Below are positions 41,734 through 51,791 of a stretch of 64,000 bases of DNA, piece by piece. The notes under the pieces are model-generated. The model was not told the DNA's origin and ran no database searches. It was given only the letters and a program-made list of their open reading frames with translations. Positions within the stretch are counted from its first letter, which is position 1; each line of letters starts with the position of its first letter. The position numbers and the translations under genes are program-made. The stretch is from Bdellovibrionales bacterium RIFOXYD12_FULL_39_22 (GTDB lineage: Bacteria > Bdellovibrionota > Bacteriovoracia > Bacteriovoracales > Bacteriovoracaceae): the NCBI GenBank assembly GCA_001770205.1, contig MEQL01000048.1, positions 1-64,000 on the forward strand. Direction: 5' to 3'.

Positions 41734-42767
41734 TATATATTCACCCATGTTTTTTTGTTGTTTGATTCTAAAACTTTTTCAATTAACAGTTCAACTCTAA
41801 CCCCAGCTTCTATGCTAGGCGCCACCAGACACTTGTTTTCGATACCTAGCAAAAATTTATCTATCATTTTAGCAACTGCCTTAATCCGGCCATCGACCAC
41901 AGTATTTGAAATATTTTGTTCATCACTAACCATTGTTAAATTCTTATCGCCTTTCTTTCCATACATTAATTTGAAACCATTAATGTAATCTTTTGTCTGA
42001 TTATCAAGAAAAATGACTCCTTTTTCTCCAAACACCTCTAGCTTATGTTCAAACTTGAAGCAACTATTATCACTTATGTTTATAGACACCGGAATCTTAT
42101 TTTCTAAAATACAGGTTATCTGCAAAAAATTGCCTCCAAACTTCGTTCCCCTATCTTCCGGACCTATATAGGCATTTAGGGTTGATATTTTTCCAAATAA
42201 CCATTCAAGATAAAAGAGTGTATGGGAAGCAAATAGGTTAAGAACACCGCCTCTCTCGGCCGGTATTCGTTTCCATGAATCTAGCTTATTTTCGTTAGCG
42301 TAAGTTTGTACATGCCAATTTATCATAATATGCGACAAAGACCCAATAATATCACCTCTTAATAATTCATGCAGCTTCTTCCAAATAAAAATTTCTTCAA
42401 ATTCAAAATCAACCATATGGTTGACAGAATTTTCTTTGGCAATATGCAGCAACTCATTGCCATCTGCGGCCGTTCCGCCTAAAGGTTTTTCCAAAAAGAG
42501 ATGAATACCTTTTTGCATGGCAGTTTTTGCAATTTCAAATTGATTACTTGGAGGAACTGCAATGCTTAGAATATCTACAGATACAGAATCCAACATCTTC
42601 TTCCAATCATCAAAGTAGTTCGGAATGTTAAATTTCCCAGCAACTTTTTTAACCTTTTGGAGATTACATGAACATATCGCCACAACCGTACAATCCGAGC
42701 GACCTAGATAAATTGGCAAATGTACCTGTTGGCCAAATCCTAAACCGATGACTCCAACTTTATACAT
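41733..42767 (-). CDS. Gfo/Idh/MocA oxidoreductase
   Basis: GVIGLGFG, LEKP, GGVL...SH. Confidence 0.88.
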   Translation of the reverse strand: MYKVGVIGLGFGQQVHLPIYLGRSDCTVVAICSCNLQKVKKVAGKFNIPNYFDDWKKMLDSVSVDILSIAVPPSNQFEIAKTAMQKGIHLFLEKPLGGTAADGNELLHIAKENSVNHMVDFEFEEIFIWKKLHELLRGDIIGSLSHIMINWHVQTYANENKLDSWKRIPAERGGVLNLFASHTLFYLEWLFGKISTLNAYIGPEDRGTKFGGNFLQITCILENKIPVSINISDNSCFKFEHKLEVFGEKGVIFLDNQTKDYINGFKLMYGKKGDKNLTMVSDEQNISNTVVDGRIKAVAKMIDKFLLGIENKCLVAPSIEAGVRVELLIEKVLESNNKKTWVNI

Positions 42768-42786
42768 AGCTTACCTATATCAGATA

Positions 42787-43992
42787 TTATGATACCGAAT
42801 TAAACATTCCCCAAATATCAATTAAGATAAAATCCTTAGGAACTTTAACCTTCTTATAATCTTTATGAGGAGCACCGATAATAGCCGCATCTGCCTTCAA
42901 GGCCGTTGGTAAATCAACAAATTTAAAATCAAACTTCTCTTGGTGTTTCACATATGGATCGTGACAAATAACTTCCGCACCAAAAAATTCTAACATTTTT
43001 CTCAACTTAAATGCAAGAGAATCACGAACATCATCATTATTTGCCTTAAATGCCATTCCTAAAATAGCTATTTTTTTTCCTGTTATTGAACCACCCATGC
43101 GATTTTTCAATAAATCAATAGCAAAGGATGGCATCCCCTCATTAATTAACATAGCACTATGGCCTAAAAAAAAAGTATTCTGACTATATGCAGACAACTG
43201 CATGGTATCTTTAAACAAGCAAGGACCTGAAGCAAAACCTGCGCGAGCAAAGTCATTCATTCGGGGATAATCTTTTTTTACCGCCTCATAAATTTTAAAA
43301 AAATTCGCACCGGCCTTTTCAGAGATCTGAAAAAATTGATTACTGATGGCAAAATTAATATATCTCCAAGCATTACAAAATAATTTTGCAAGTTCAGCTT
43401 CTAACGGCAATAGCGTCACAGGTTTTTGTTTTGAAATTGTCCCAAAAATTTGCCGACAAACACTCAAACTTTTTTCATCAAATCCAGAGATAATCTGCGG
43501 AACTTCCACTAATTCTATCAACCCCTTCCCTTGAACAATGCGTTCAGGGCAGAAGGCCAAAGAAGCGTTGCATTTTTTTGTTTTCAGATAATCATTAATT
43601 AAAGACATCGTTCCGGGAAAAAGTGTTGAACGAAAAATCAAAACCTGATCTGCCTTTATGTATGGTAAGATCGCATCAATAACCTTAAAAACGTCAGCTG
43701 TTCTTGGATTCAAATGTTCATCAACAGGAGTTCCGATAGTCAGGATTACGATATCGCAATCACTCAAGACTTTAGGGGAGATTGTAGCCAAAAGATACTT
43801 TGACTTTATAACCTCTTTTAAACGTTCTTCGCCTTCTTCTTCCATGTGCGGAAGAATCGAGTCGTTAACAGTATTTACCGAGGCTTCATCTATATCATAC
43901 AAAAATGTCTTGAATTTGTTTTCAGCCAACACAATACCCAATGGTAATCCTATGTGTCCACACCCTCCAACAATAGCAATTTTATGCAGCAT
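42787..43992 (-). CDS. Nucleotide-sugar dehydrogenase (WecC/UDP-ManNAc dehydrogenase-like)
   Basis: GCGHIGLP, RST, FCPER, AELAKL, GPCLFKD, AFK..DDVRDS. Confidence 0.9.
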   Translation of the reverse strand: MLHKIAIVGGCGHIGLPLGIVLAENKFKTFLYDIDEASVNTVNDSILPHMEEEGEERLKEVIKSKYLLATISPKVLSDCDIVILTIGTPVDEHLNPRTADVFKVIDAILPYIKADQVLIFRSTLFPGTMSLINDYLKTKKCNASLAFCPERIVQGKGLIELVEVPQIISGFDEKSLSVCRQIFGTISKQKPVTLLPLEAELAKLFCNAWRYINFAISNQFFQISEKAGANFFKIYEAVKKDYPRMNDFARAGFASGPCLFKDTMQLSAYSQNTFFLGHSAMLINEGMPSFAIDLLKNRMGGSITGKKIAILGMAFKANNDDVRDSLAFKLRKMLEFFGAEVICHDPYVKHQEKFDFKFVDLPTALKADAAIIGAPHKDYKKVKVPKDFILIDIWGMFNSVS

Positions 43993-44216
43993 GTTTATTC
44001 TCCGTGAGAATTATAAAAGACAAAGATATTTTACTCAATTACACTCTAAGTTCACAATAATAATATTTAAAAACAAAAGCGCTGTCTCTAATTTTCTCTA
44101 GGATAATCAATAAGCAGCTAAGATTATCAAAAGATTATTGACGATGCAGGTTTTTGTTCGCTAAAATTATAACTGCAGTCCAATCTCCACCAACAGCAAT
44201 TAAACTAGAGAATACT

Positions 44217-45776
44217 ATGAAACTTACCATTAAACGCGATAACGTAATTGATATTGCGATATATCTGATATTTATTGTTGCATTATTTCACTCTTTATTT
44301 TCAGTTTTTGTAGGTATCAATAATACCATTGTTGATATGCATGGATTCCGCCAAAGCCAAACAGCTCTGTCTGCACTCTATATGCAAAAAGGTGGACCTT
44401 TTTTCAAATACGAGACACCTATTAATGGGTTCCCCTGGTCCATGCCACTGGAGTTTCCTCTTTATCAGTGGATAGTTGCGCAAATGACAATACTTTTTAA
44501 TGAAAACCTTGATACAATAGGAAGAGTTGTAAATATAATCAGCTTCTATTTGGCGTTAATTATCTGTTTTTTTTCTCTGAAACAATATCTCGGAAAAACC
44601 TCTTCTTGCCTTATTTTTATTTCCTTAATTCTTGCAAGCCCCCTATACCTTTTTTGGAGCAGAACATTTCTTATCGATGTGCATGTTTTTCTCTACGCTG
44701 CCCCCTACATCATTTTTGGTATTTTATATCTTAATACAAGAAAATTGAAACATTCCATCACAGGTTTATTTTTTGGTATTCTGGCCGGTCTGGTCAAAAT
44801 TACCACCTTTTATGTGCTCTCTCTTGTAATGTGTGCAATATTTTGTTTTGAGTATTATAAGAAAAACAAACTCAAAGTAGATTTGCTGAAAATCAAAGAG
44901 GAAGCCAATTTTATCTTCTGTTTTGCAATCTTGCCGCTAATTGCTCAGATCATTTGGATGAAATTTGCCGATGGTGTTAACAATGAAAACCCGCTGGCCT
45001 CTGGCGAGATGACCTCAGCTGGACTGTTTTACTGGAATTTTGGAACTCTCGAGCAAAAACTATCACTCCTTACTTGGGGGCAATTCTACCACCACACTAT
45101 TTTTAACACCCTTGGATCAACCTTTCTGGTCCTGCTATGGGCACTTCTTTTCATCTTGGCCAATAAAAAAACAAAACTTCTCAGTGCCACATCACTGCTA
45201 ATTGCGATACTGGTTTTTGCCACTTTTACAAATTTGCATTTTGTACACAACTACTACTCATACGCTGACGGATTTCTAATCCTATTTTCTCTCGGCTTGC
45301 CTATTTTGCAGTATATCGATGAACAAAACCTTAGTAAGCGAATGATTGGCGTTTCAATTTTATTATTGGTTGTTTTTTCTGAAATTGTTAGTCACAGAAA
45401 TAGTGCTCTATTTATGTTACAAGGCCATAATCGAACAAATATTCAAGAATTTGGGAATAAAATACAAGAATATGTGAAAGAGGATGAGGTTTTGTATATA
45501 TGGGGACATGAAAAAAATCCAGAAGTAACTTATTACTCACAACGACGATCTATTATGGAAAATACGACAGGAAGCATTTTAAATGACAAATTACAAAAGG
45601 CAATTGCCATGACCGATAAAGAAAAGATAACTGGACTGGTTGTATGTGCAGATCGATTTAAAAACAAGGAACTATTAAATGAAAGGCTTTTTACCTTCAA
45701 CCTTTCTTCGAATCCAATAATGCGTTATCAGACTCCTTACGAAAATATTAGAGATTGTTATTTTTTCGCACGATAG
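44217..45776 (+). CDS. ArnT/PMT-like GT-C membrane glycosyltransferase
   Basis: HGFRQSQTA, PLEFPLYQW, WSRTFLID, HNYY; many TMs; start moved to ATG 44217. Confidence 0.7.
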   Translation: MKLTIKRDNVIDIAIYLIFIVALFHSLFSVFVGINNTIVDMHGFRQSQTALSALYMQKGGPFFKYETPINGFPWSMPLEFPLYQWIVAQMTILFNENLDTIGRVVNIISFYLALIICFFSLKQYLGKTSSCLIFISLILASPLYLFWSRTFLIDVHVFLYAAPYIIFGILYLNTRKLKHSITGLFFGILAGLVKITTFYVLSLVMCAIFCFEYYKKNKLKVDLLKIKEEANFIFCFAILPLIAQIIWMKFADGVNNENPLASGEMTSAGLFYWNFGTLEQKLSLLTWGQFYHHTIFNTLGSTFLVLLWALLFILANKKTKLLSATSLLIAILVFATFTNLHFVHNYYSYADGFLILFSLGLPILQYIDEQNLSKRMIGVSILLLVVFSEIVSHRNSALFMLQGHNRTNIQEFGNKIQEYVKEDEVLYIWGHEKNPEVTYYSQRRSIMENTTGSILNDKLQKAIAMTDKEKITGLVVCADRFKNKELLNERLFTFNLSSNPIMRYQTPYENIRDCYFFAR

Positions 45777-45947
45777 ACTGGTAAATAGGTCGGATAATGG
45801 CAGTAAGCTTTCAAAAAAATGGATTAAATTCGAACTGGATTAAGTAATACTATCGTAATTACAAATAATACCGATATGGTTTCAAACTTGAATTCAGGTA
45901 ATTCGTATAGCTCGATAGCTCGATAGCATTATAAAAAGGATGTTCTT

Positions 45948-46925
45948 ATGCAGGATCTTTTAAGTTTCACCAAATTTTACATTAAATCTATGCGACTCCA
46001 CTTTGGTTTTATCACTGGTATCGCCGGATGGATTGGTATTGCCTACTACGAATATCTCTACCCAGAAACCCAAGTGGATTTGGCAAAAAAAATTTTCTTT
46101 TTAATAGCAATTTTTTTAGCATATGGAGTTAATCAAGTGGTCAACGATTATTTTGGCATGGAAGAAGATCGCATCAATGCCCCCAATCGCCCCATGGTTA
46201 CAGGAGAACTTTCACCAAAGATTGCGCTCTTTACCTCATTTTCTATTATGATCATACTGGGAATTGTTTCTTGGTTTATAGCACCACTTTCAGTTCTCCC
46301 TCTTATTGCCGGCGTTTTGCTCAATTTGCTTTATGAATATGCTAAATCCATTTCGTTGCTTGGTAATGTCATTTTCGGAATGTCAATGACTGTCTGCCCA
46401 ATCTACGGTTTCACTATTGCAGGCCCCGTCGGGCCACTCACTCTTTCCTGGCAAATAATAGGCCTTTTGGCCTTGATGGTCTTTATCACTGGTAGGATGA
46501 CTTACTTTACTTACTTCAAAGATTATGAGGGAGACAAGGCCACCGGAACAAAAACTTTTATTGTCGTTCACGGACTAGATACCGCTCGCAAGGTAGGACT
46601 AATTTTTTCGTTTATTCCAGGAGTCATCGTATTATCTCTATTGGCCTTGGGGGCAATTGATCTTGCCACATTTCAGGACCCGACAGCGGCACTATTTTGC
46701 TTTTCTTTGACAGTGCTAACCGTACTCTGGACAGGAATTTTGTACTACATCAAACCCTCTGGCGAAGCGACGTACTATAATCTAAGAATTAACATTCAGG
46801 CCTGCGTTTTAAGTCTGATCACCATTTTATCAATTATCGATGGTACGCTAGCACTCTACTTGTTATCTGCCAGCTATATTCTAATCGATATGATTTTTGG
46901 ATTGCATGGTGACGCTAAAGCATAA
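45948..46925 (+). CDS. UbiA-family prenyltransferase (DGGGP synthase/chlorophyll synthase-like motifs)
   Basis: NQVVNDYFGMEEDRINAPNRP and YFKDYEGD Asp-rich motifs; multiple TMs. Confidence 0.9.
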   Translation: MQDLLSFTKFYIKSMRLHFGFITGIAGWIGIAYYEYLYPETQVDLAKKIFFLIAIFLAYGVNQVVNDYFGMEEDRINAPNRPMVTGELSPKIALFTSFSIMIILGIVSWFIAPLSVLPLIAGVLLNLLYEYAKSISLLGNVIFGMSMTVCPIYGFTIAGPVGPLTLSWQIIGLLALMVFITGRMTYFTYFKDYEGDKATGTKTFIVVHGLDTARKVGLIFSFIPGVIVLSLLALGAIDLATFQDPTAALFCFSLTVLTVLWTGILYYIKPSGEATYYNLRINIQACVLSLITILSIIDGTLALYLLSASYILIDMIFGLHGDAKA

Positions 46926-46928
46926 ACA

Positions 46929-46952
46929 CATGGCCGTTCATAGGCGGCCATG
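46929..46952 (+). other. Intergenic stem-loop between UbiA and ACP genes
   Basis: CATGGCCGTT-CATA-GGCGGCCATG (10 bp with two G-U pairs), no U tract. Confidence 0.6.
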
Positions 46953-46980
46953 AATAAATACCAACGAAGGAAATAGTAAT

Positions 46981-47223
46981 ATGACAAAAAAGGAATTAGA
47001 AAAAGAACTGTTAAAATCTATTGAAAAACATACCCAGATCGTGATTGGAAATAATGACTACTCCACTTCACTGGCCAATTTAGGAATTGATTCCGTTTAT
47101 GCGGCAGAAGTAGCAAACGATATGGAAGATTTATTGGGGATTGTCATTGATGATCGCGATATTGCAAAATTCACCAGCATCACTGCTATTTTAGAATACT
47201 TTGATGGCCATATTAAAAACTAA
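46981..47223 (+). CDS. Acyl carrier protein
   Basis: Acidic 80 aa with LGIDSV phosphopantetheine site. Confidence 0.92.
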   Translation: MTKKELEKELLKSIEKHTQIVIGNNDYSTSLANLGIDSVYAAEVANDMEDLLGIVIDDRDIAKFTSITAILEYFDGHIKN

Positions 47224-47243
47224 GCAAATAGGTATCCAACTTT

Positions 47244-48479
47244 ATGAAAAAAAACTTCCACGATTTTTTTATTGAAAGCAAGCGTAATGATATTTTTGCC
47301 AATCTAGATGCTTTTTATGAATATCTTGAAGAGGCAAAATCAACTAAAGAGTATGCCTACCGTCGAACACTTGCCTCGGCCACCTCTTCTACCGTAGTCG
47401 TTGAAGGAGCAGGTGAAATGATCATGCTGGGTTCAAATAATTATTTAGATCTAGCGGCCAATACTAAAGTAGTAAATGCAGCGCAAGCTGCACTGGCCAA
47501 ATATGGAAATGGCAGTGGTAGTGTGGCGCTGCTGGGAGGAACCTTTGATTTACATCGAAAATTAGAAACTAAAATTGCTACCTTTTATTCTCGAGAATTG
47601 GCGGCCATTTTTCCCACGGGATTTAGCACTAATATTGGAACAATTAGTTCACTCATTTGCAGCAATGATCTTTTACTACTTGATACCTATTCGCATGCCA
47701 GTTTAATTGAAGGAACAAAGCTTACTCGCGCCACCGTAAAATTTTTCAAACACAACGACATGGAGCATCTAGAAAAACTTCTAATCAAACTTCGTTCTCA
47801 ATATGATGGTGTTTTAATTGTCACTGATGGCATTTTCAGTATGGATGGAGATATTTGTCCTCTTGATAAACTTATAGCGCTAAAGCAAAAATATAATGCC
47901 CGATTAATGATAGATGAAGCGCATGCCATTGGTATTGTCGGAGATCATGGACGTGGAACAGAAGAATATTTCCACTTAACAGGAGCAGTTGATATTATTA
48001 CGGGAACTCTTTCGAAAGCTCCTGGCGGTATCGGTGGTTATGTGGTGGGATCTAAAAAATTAGTAGAATATATTCGCCATTTTGCAAGCAGTTATATTTT
48101 CTCAACCAGTCTTCCTCCGGCCGTAGTTGGAGGATTAATTGAAGTTTTTAATATTTTAGAAAATGACCTCTCACATAAGGAAAAATTAGATTACAACAAA
48201 CAGCTTTTCACGGCCCGACTAAGAGAGCTTGGTTTTAATATTGGACAAACCATTTCGGCCATTGTTCCTATTATCATTGGCGATGAAGAAAAAACCAAAC
48301 TCATGGCCCGGGAATTGGCGGAAGAAAAAATTTTTTGTTCTGCGGTAGTCTTTCCGGCCGTAAGCAAAACACAGTCACGCTTACGAATAAGTTTAATGTG
48401 TTCTCATAGTGAAAAACAGCTTTTAAAAGTACTCTCCGCTCTAGAACTGATTGGTAAAAAATATGGAGTAATTGTCTAA
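47244..48479 (+). CDS. Alpha-oxoamine synthase (serine palmitoyltransferase/BioF/KBL family)
   Basis: LGSNNYL, SHAS, FSMDG, DEAH, GTLSKA, FSTSLPP, PAV...RLRIS. Confidence 0.92.
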   Translation: MKKNFHDFFIESKRNDIFANLDAFYEYLEEAKSTKEYAYRRTLASATSSTVVVEGAGEMIMLGSNNYLDLAANTKVVNAAQAALAKYGNGSGSVALLGGTFDLHRKLETKIATFYSRELAAIFPTGFSTNIGTISSLICSNDLLLLDTYSHASLIEGTKLTRATVKFFKHNDMEHLEKLLIKLRSQYDGVLIVTDGIFSMDGDICPLDKLIALKQKYNARLMIDEAHAIGIVGDHGRGTEEYFHLTGAVDIITGTLSKAPGGIGGYVVGSKKLVEYIRHFASSYIFSTSLPPAVVGGLIEVFNILENDLSHKEKLDYNKQLFTARLRELGFNIGQTISAIVPIIIGDEEKTKLMARELAEEKIFCSAVVFPAVSKTQSRLRISLMCSHSEKQLLKVLSALELIGKKYGVIV

Positions 48480-49507
48480 TGCGTGTTGTAGTAACCGGTG
48501 CCAATGGTTTTTTGGGCAGTCACATTGTTAGAAAACTTTCCAGATCAGGATATGAGGTTATCTCGCTTATCAGAAAAGGAAGTTCTCAAGAATATTTAAA
48601 AAACTATCAAACAACTATTTGGGAAATTGACTATACAGATGAAAAAAAACTATTAGAGATCTTTTCCACATCTGACATTTTAGTACACAACGCCGCACTG
48701 GCCAAAGATTGGGGTCCATATTCAGATTTTTATAAATCAAATGTTTTACTGGCCTCTCAAATTCATCAACTTGCCAATCAAGCAAAGATAAAAAAAATTA
48801 TTCACATCAGTTCTATTGCCGTAATGGGAGAAGAAGATTCTCTAACTCCCAAGAGCGAGGATGTTGAATATAATTCTAATCTACCCTATTTCCTCGAGAC
48901 AATTATACCCAGTGCCATGAATCACTATCGTAATACTAAGCGCGATGGCGAAAAAGCGGCCATCGCCTTGGCCTTAAAGTCTCAGGGAAATTTGACCATC
49001 TTACGTCCCGCCTGGATTTTTGGGCCAAGAGAATTTAATGCTGGGCCCTACGAATATTCAAAAACCATTCGTGATGGTATTTGGGCCCTGCCCGCCTCTT
49101 CCACTAATTTATTTCATGTGGTTTACGTGGAAGATGTAGCATCAGCAGTACATGCCGCCATTTTGGCCAATCGGGTGGGAATAAATATTTACACCATTGG
49201 AAATTCTTCCGTTCCGCTAATGAATAATTTTTATGGCCTTTTTTGTCTCCATCTTAAGAAGAAAATTCCATACAAATTACCCTATTGGGCCTTACTTTTT
49301 CCCTCTATTATTTTAGAACTTTTATATCTACTCCTTAAAAGTAAAACACCTCCTCTTTTAACTCGTGGCCGACTTTACATGATGTATGCCAACAATATTT
49401 ACCAAACTAATAAGGCAAAGAAAGAAATAAATTTTGAGGCCACCACCGATTTAAACTACGCCGTAAGAAAAACGGTTAAGTGGTGGAAGCTATACCGCTA
49501 TCTATAA
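48479..49507 (+). CDS. Extended SDR (3-beta-HSD-like reductase)
   Basis: GANGFLG, HNAA, ISS, YRNTK, RPAWIFGP. Confidence 0.9.
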   Translation: MRVVVTGANGFLGSHIVRKLSRSGYEVISLIRKGSSQEYLKNYQTTIWEIDYTDEKKLLEIFSTSDILVHNAALAKDWGPYSDFYKSNVLLASQIHQLANQAKIKKIIHISSIAVMGEEDSLTPKSEDVEYNSNLPYFLETIIPSAMNHYRNTKRDGEKAAIALALKSQGNLTILRPAWIFGPREFNAGPYEYSKTIRDGIWALPASSTNLFHVVYVEDVASAVHAAILANRVGINIYTIGNSSVPLMNNFYGLFCLHLKKKIPYKLPYWALLFPSIILELLYLLLKSKTPPLLTRGRLYMMYANNIYQTNKAKKEINFEATTDLNYAVRKTVKWWKLYRYL

Positions 49508-49542
49508 ATCTTAAACAGTATAAAATATAAGGAGAGGCCACT

Positions 49543-50859
49543 ATGTCTAATATCCCTAAAGAAGTTGTGCAAGAACCAGTTTTGGGTATAAAAAAACCAC
49601 TAACCTACCTCTATATTATCCTCTATGTTGGATGGAAATATACTTTAGAGCTTTTGACTTTCAAAATGAATCCTTGGCGTTACCTCATCTATCTGAGGCG
49701 GTTATTAATTGCAATAAAAGGATTTTATGAAAATAAAATTATGAAGATAAATGGCCAATATAAAATTCAACTTTATCTTCCGGCCTTCCCAAGTAAACCT
49801 TTTTTTCATGCTTTGAAAAAATTTGATCCAGACAATAAAAATCCTGGGCCAATTACGGTGGTATTTTCCATGACAAAAGCATGCCCTTACAAATGTCCTC
49901 ATTGCTATCAACGAAATGATCAAGGGCCAGAACTTGATATGGCATTATTAAAAAAGACGGCCAAAGAGATGCAAGAGCTTGGTGTTTCCATGTTTGACTT
50001 GGAGGGAGGAGAGCCGTTAGTTCGATTCAATCGATTACTAGATTTACTTTCCGTTTTTGATGAGCGAGCAGAAGTTTGGGTTAATACCACCGGGTACTCT
50101 CTGACTGAAGAGAAAGCGCAGCAGATGAAAGCGGCCAATGTTTATGGCGTTATGATCTCCTTGCACACTCCTCATCCCCAAGAATATGAATCCTTCACCC
50201 AAATGGAAGGCTCTTTTGATATTGCAACTAAAGCAATAAAAATGTTTCAAAAATATGGAATTGTCACGGCCATAAATTTTTGTCCCTCAGCTAAGCAAAT
50301 CAGAAATGGAGATGTGGAAAAATTATTCAAAATTACCAGTGAGTTAAAAGTATCGTTAGTGCAAGTTATCCATGCAAAACCTTCCGGTGCCTGGCTTTAT
50401 GAAAAAGATGAAATTTTTGATTCCGAAGAATTGATGCAAAAACTTAGAGAGTATCATCATCGATTTAACGAAGGCCCGGAAGCTTCTAACTATCCTTCAA
50501 TTATTTTCCAAGTAATGGAAGAAGATAAAGATCATTTTGGTTGTACTGCTGGGGGAATTGATCGCTTTTACTTTAACCATGAAGGAGAAGTTCAACCATG
50601 TGAGTTTATCAATATTTCTTTTGGCAATGTTAACGAGGAACCGTTTTTAGAAATTTTCCAAAGAATGAGATATCATTTTAAGCGTCCGGGAGTAAAGTGG
50701 ACTTGCTGTACAGAGGCCATGCGAATTGGAGAAGCTCTTAAGCAAAACAATGTTCCCAAGACGCCTCTTCCCTGGAAATATACTAAGGAGATCATTGAAA
50801 AATGGGATAAGGGAGAAGAAACTCCTCTTTATAAAAAAATGGGAATCTATAAAAAATGA
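49543..50859 (+). CDS. Radical SAM protein with twitch/SPASM-type extension
   Basis: CPYKCPHC, GGEP, GCTAG...GEVQPCEF; hydrophobic N-terminus. Confidence 0.92.
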   Translation: MSNIPKEVVQEPVLGIKKPLTYLYIILYVGWKYTLELLTFKMNPWRYLIYLRRLLIAIKGFYENKIMKINGQYKIQLYLPAFPSKPFFHALKKFDPDNKNPGPITVVFSMTKACPYKCPHCYQRNDQGPELDMALLKKTAKEMQELGVSMFDLEGGEPLVRFNRLLDLLSVFDERAEVWVNTTGYSLTEEKAQQMKAANVYGVMISLHTPHPQEYESFTQMEGSFDIATKAIKMFQKYGIVTAINFCPSAKQIRNGDVEKLFKITSELKVSLVQVIHAKPSGAWLYEKDEIFDSEELMQKLREYHHRFNEGPEASNYPSIIFQVMEEDKDHFGCTAGGIDRFYFNHEGEVQPCEFINISFGNVNEEPFLEIFQRMRYHFKRPGVKWTCCTEAMRIGEALKQNNVPKTPLPWKYTKEIIEKWDKGEETPLYKKMGIYKK

Positions 50860-51791
50860 ACAAATACTATCTTATTTTAAATCCTACCGCTCAAAGCGGG
50901 CGAGGAAAAAAATTGTGGCCAGAAATTTTCTCTTTGTTAGATAGGGAGAAACTAGCGTATGAAATAGGAACCTCTACTTACGCAGGACATTCCGTGGTAC
51001 TGGCCCAAGAAGCGGCACTCACTGGTAAATACCAAGGCATCGTGGCCATTGGCGGAGATGGCACTATCAATGAAGTATTAAACGGCCTACGCCAGGCCTG
51101 CCAGCTTTTAAATTCAACACAAACACTTCCGGCCTTTGGAATTATCTATACCGGCACTAGCCCCGATATCTGTAAATATCATAAAATACCTCTAAAAATG
51201 ACGGAAGCCGTTGCAAATCTAAAGCGCCATCGCGTCGTGATGATAGATGTGGGAGAAGTCATTTATAAAAAAAATAGCACCGACCAGACCTCTTGGTTTT
51301 TATGCAGTGTAAATTTGGGTATTGGTGCTAGCGTAGCTGACGGTAGCAACTCTGGATTGCGCAGATACTTTGGTGATCTTTTGGGAACATTTTTTTCCAT
51401 AATCCTTTCTGTTTTAAAATATAAGCAAGCAAATTTAAAGGTACGATTTGATGGACAAGAAATGCTTTTTGAAAAAACACTTAATATGGCCATTGGAAAA
51501 AATCCACTAATTGCCTCAGGAGTAAAAGTGGATGTAGAGGTTTTGCCGGATGACGGAAAAATGTATCTCTTTTCCATTAATAACATGGGCCTGCTCTCTC
51601 TGCTTTTTAATGTAAAAAAAATATATGATGGTTCTCTACATCGTCTTCCTTCAAACAAACTAATATTTATAAATTCTTTTGCCTGTGACTACTCTTCTGC
51701 GGCCCCCGATGTGGAATTTGATGGAGATCCTCAAGGAAAACTTCCCTGTAGCATTAAACTTCTTCCTAAAAAAATAGGATTGATCAAATGA
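50856..51791 (+). CDS. DAGK/sphingosine-kinase-family lipid kinase
   Basis: ILNPTAQSG, GGDGTINEVLNG, IDVG, EFDGD. Confidence 0.9.
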   Translation: MNKYYLILNPTAQSGRGKKLWPEIFSLLDREKLAYEIGTSTYAGHSVVLAQEAALTGKYQGIVAIGGDGTINEVLNGLRQACQLLNSTQTLPAFGIIYTGTSPDICKYHKIPLKMTEAVANLKRHRVVMIDVGEVIYKKNSTDQTSWFLCSVNLGIGASVADGSNSGLRRYFGDLLGTFFSIILSVLKYKQANLKVRFDGQEMLFEKTLNMAIGKNPLIASGVKVDVEVLPDDGKMYLFSINNMGLLSLLFNVKKIYDGSLHRLPSNKLIFINSFACDYSSAAPDVEFDGDPQGKLPCSIKLLPKKIGLIK

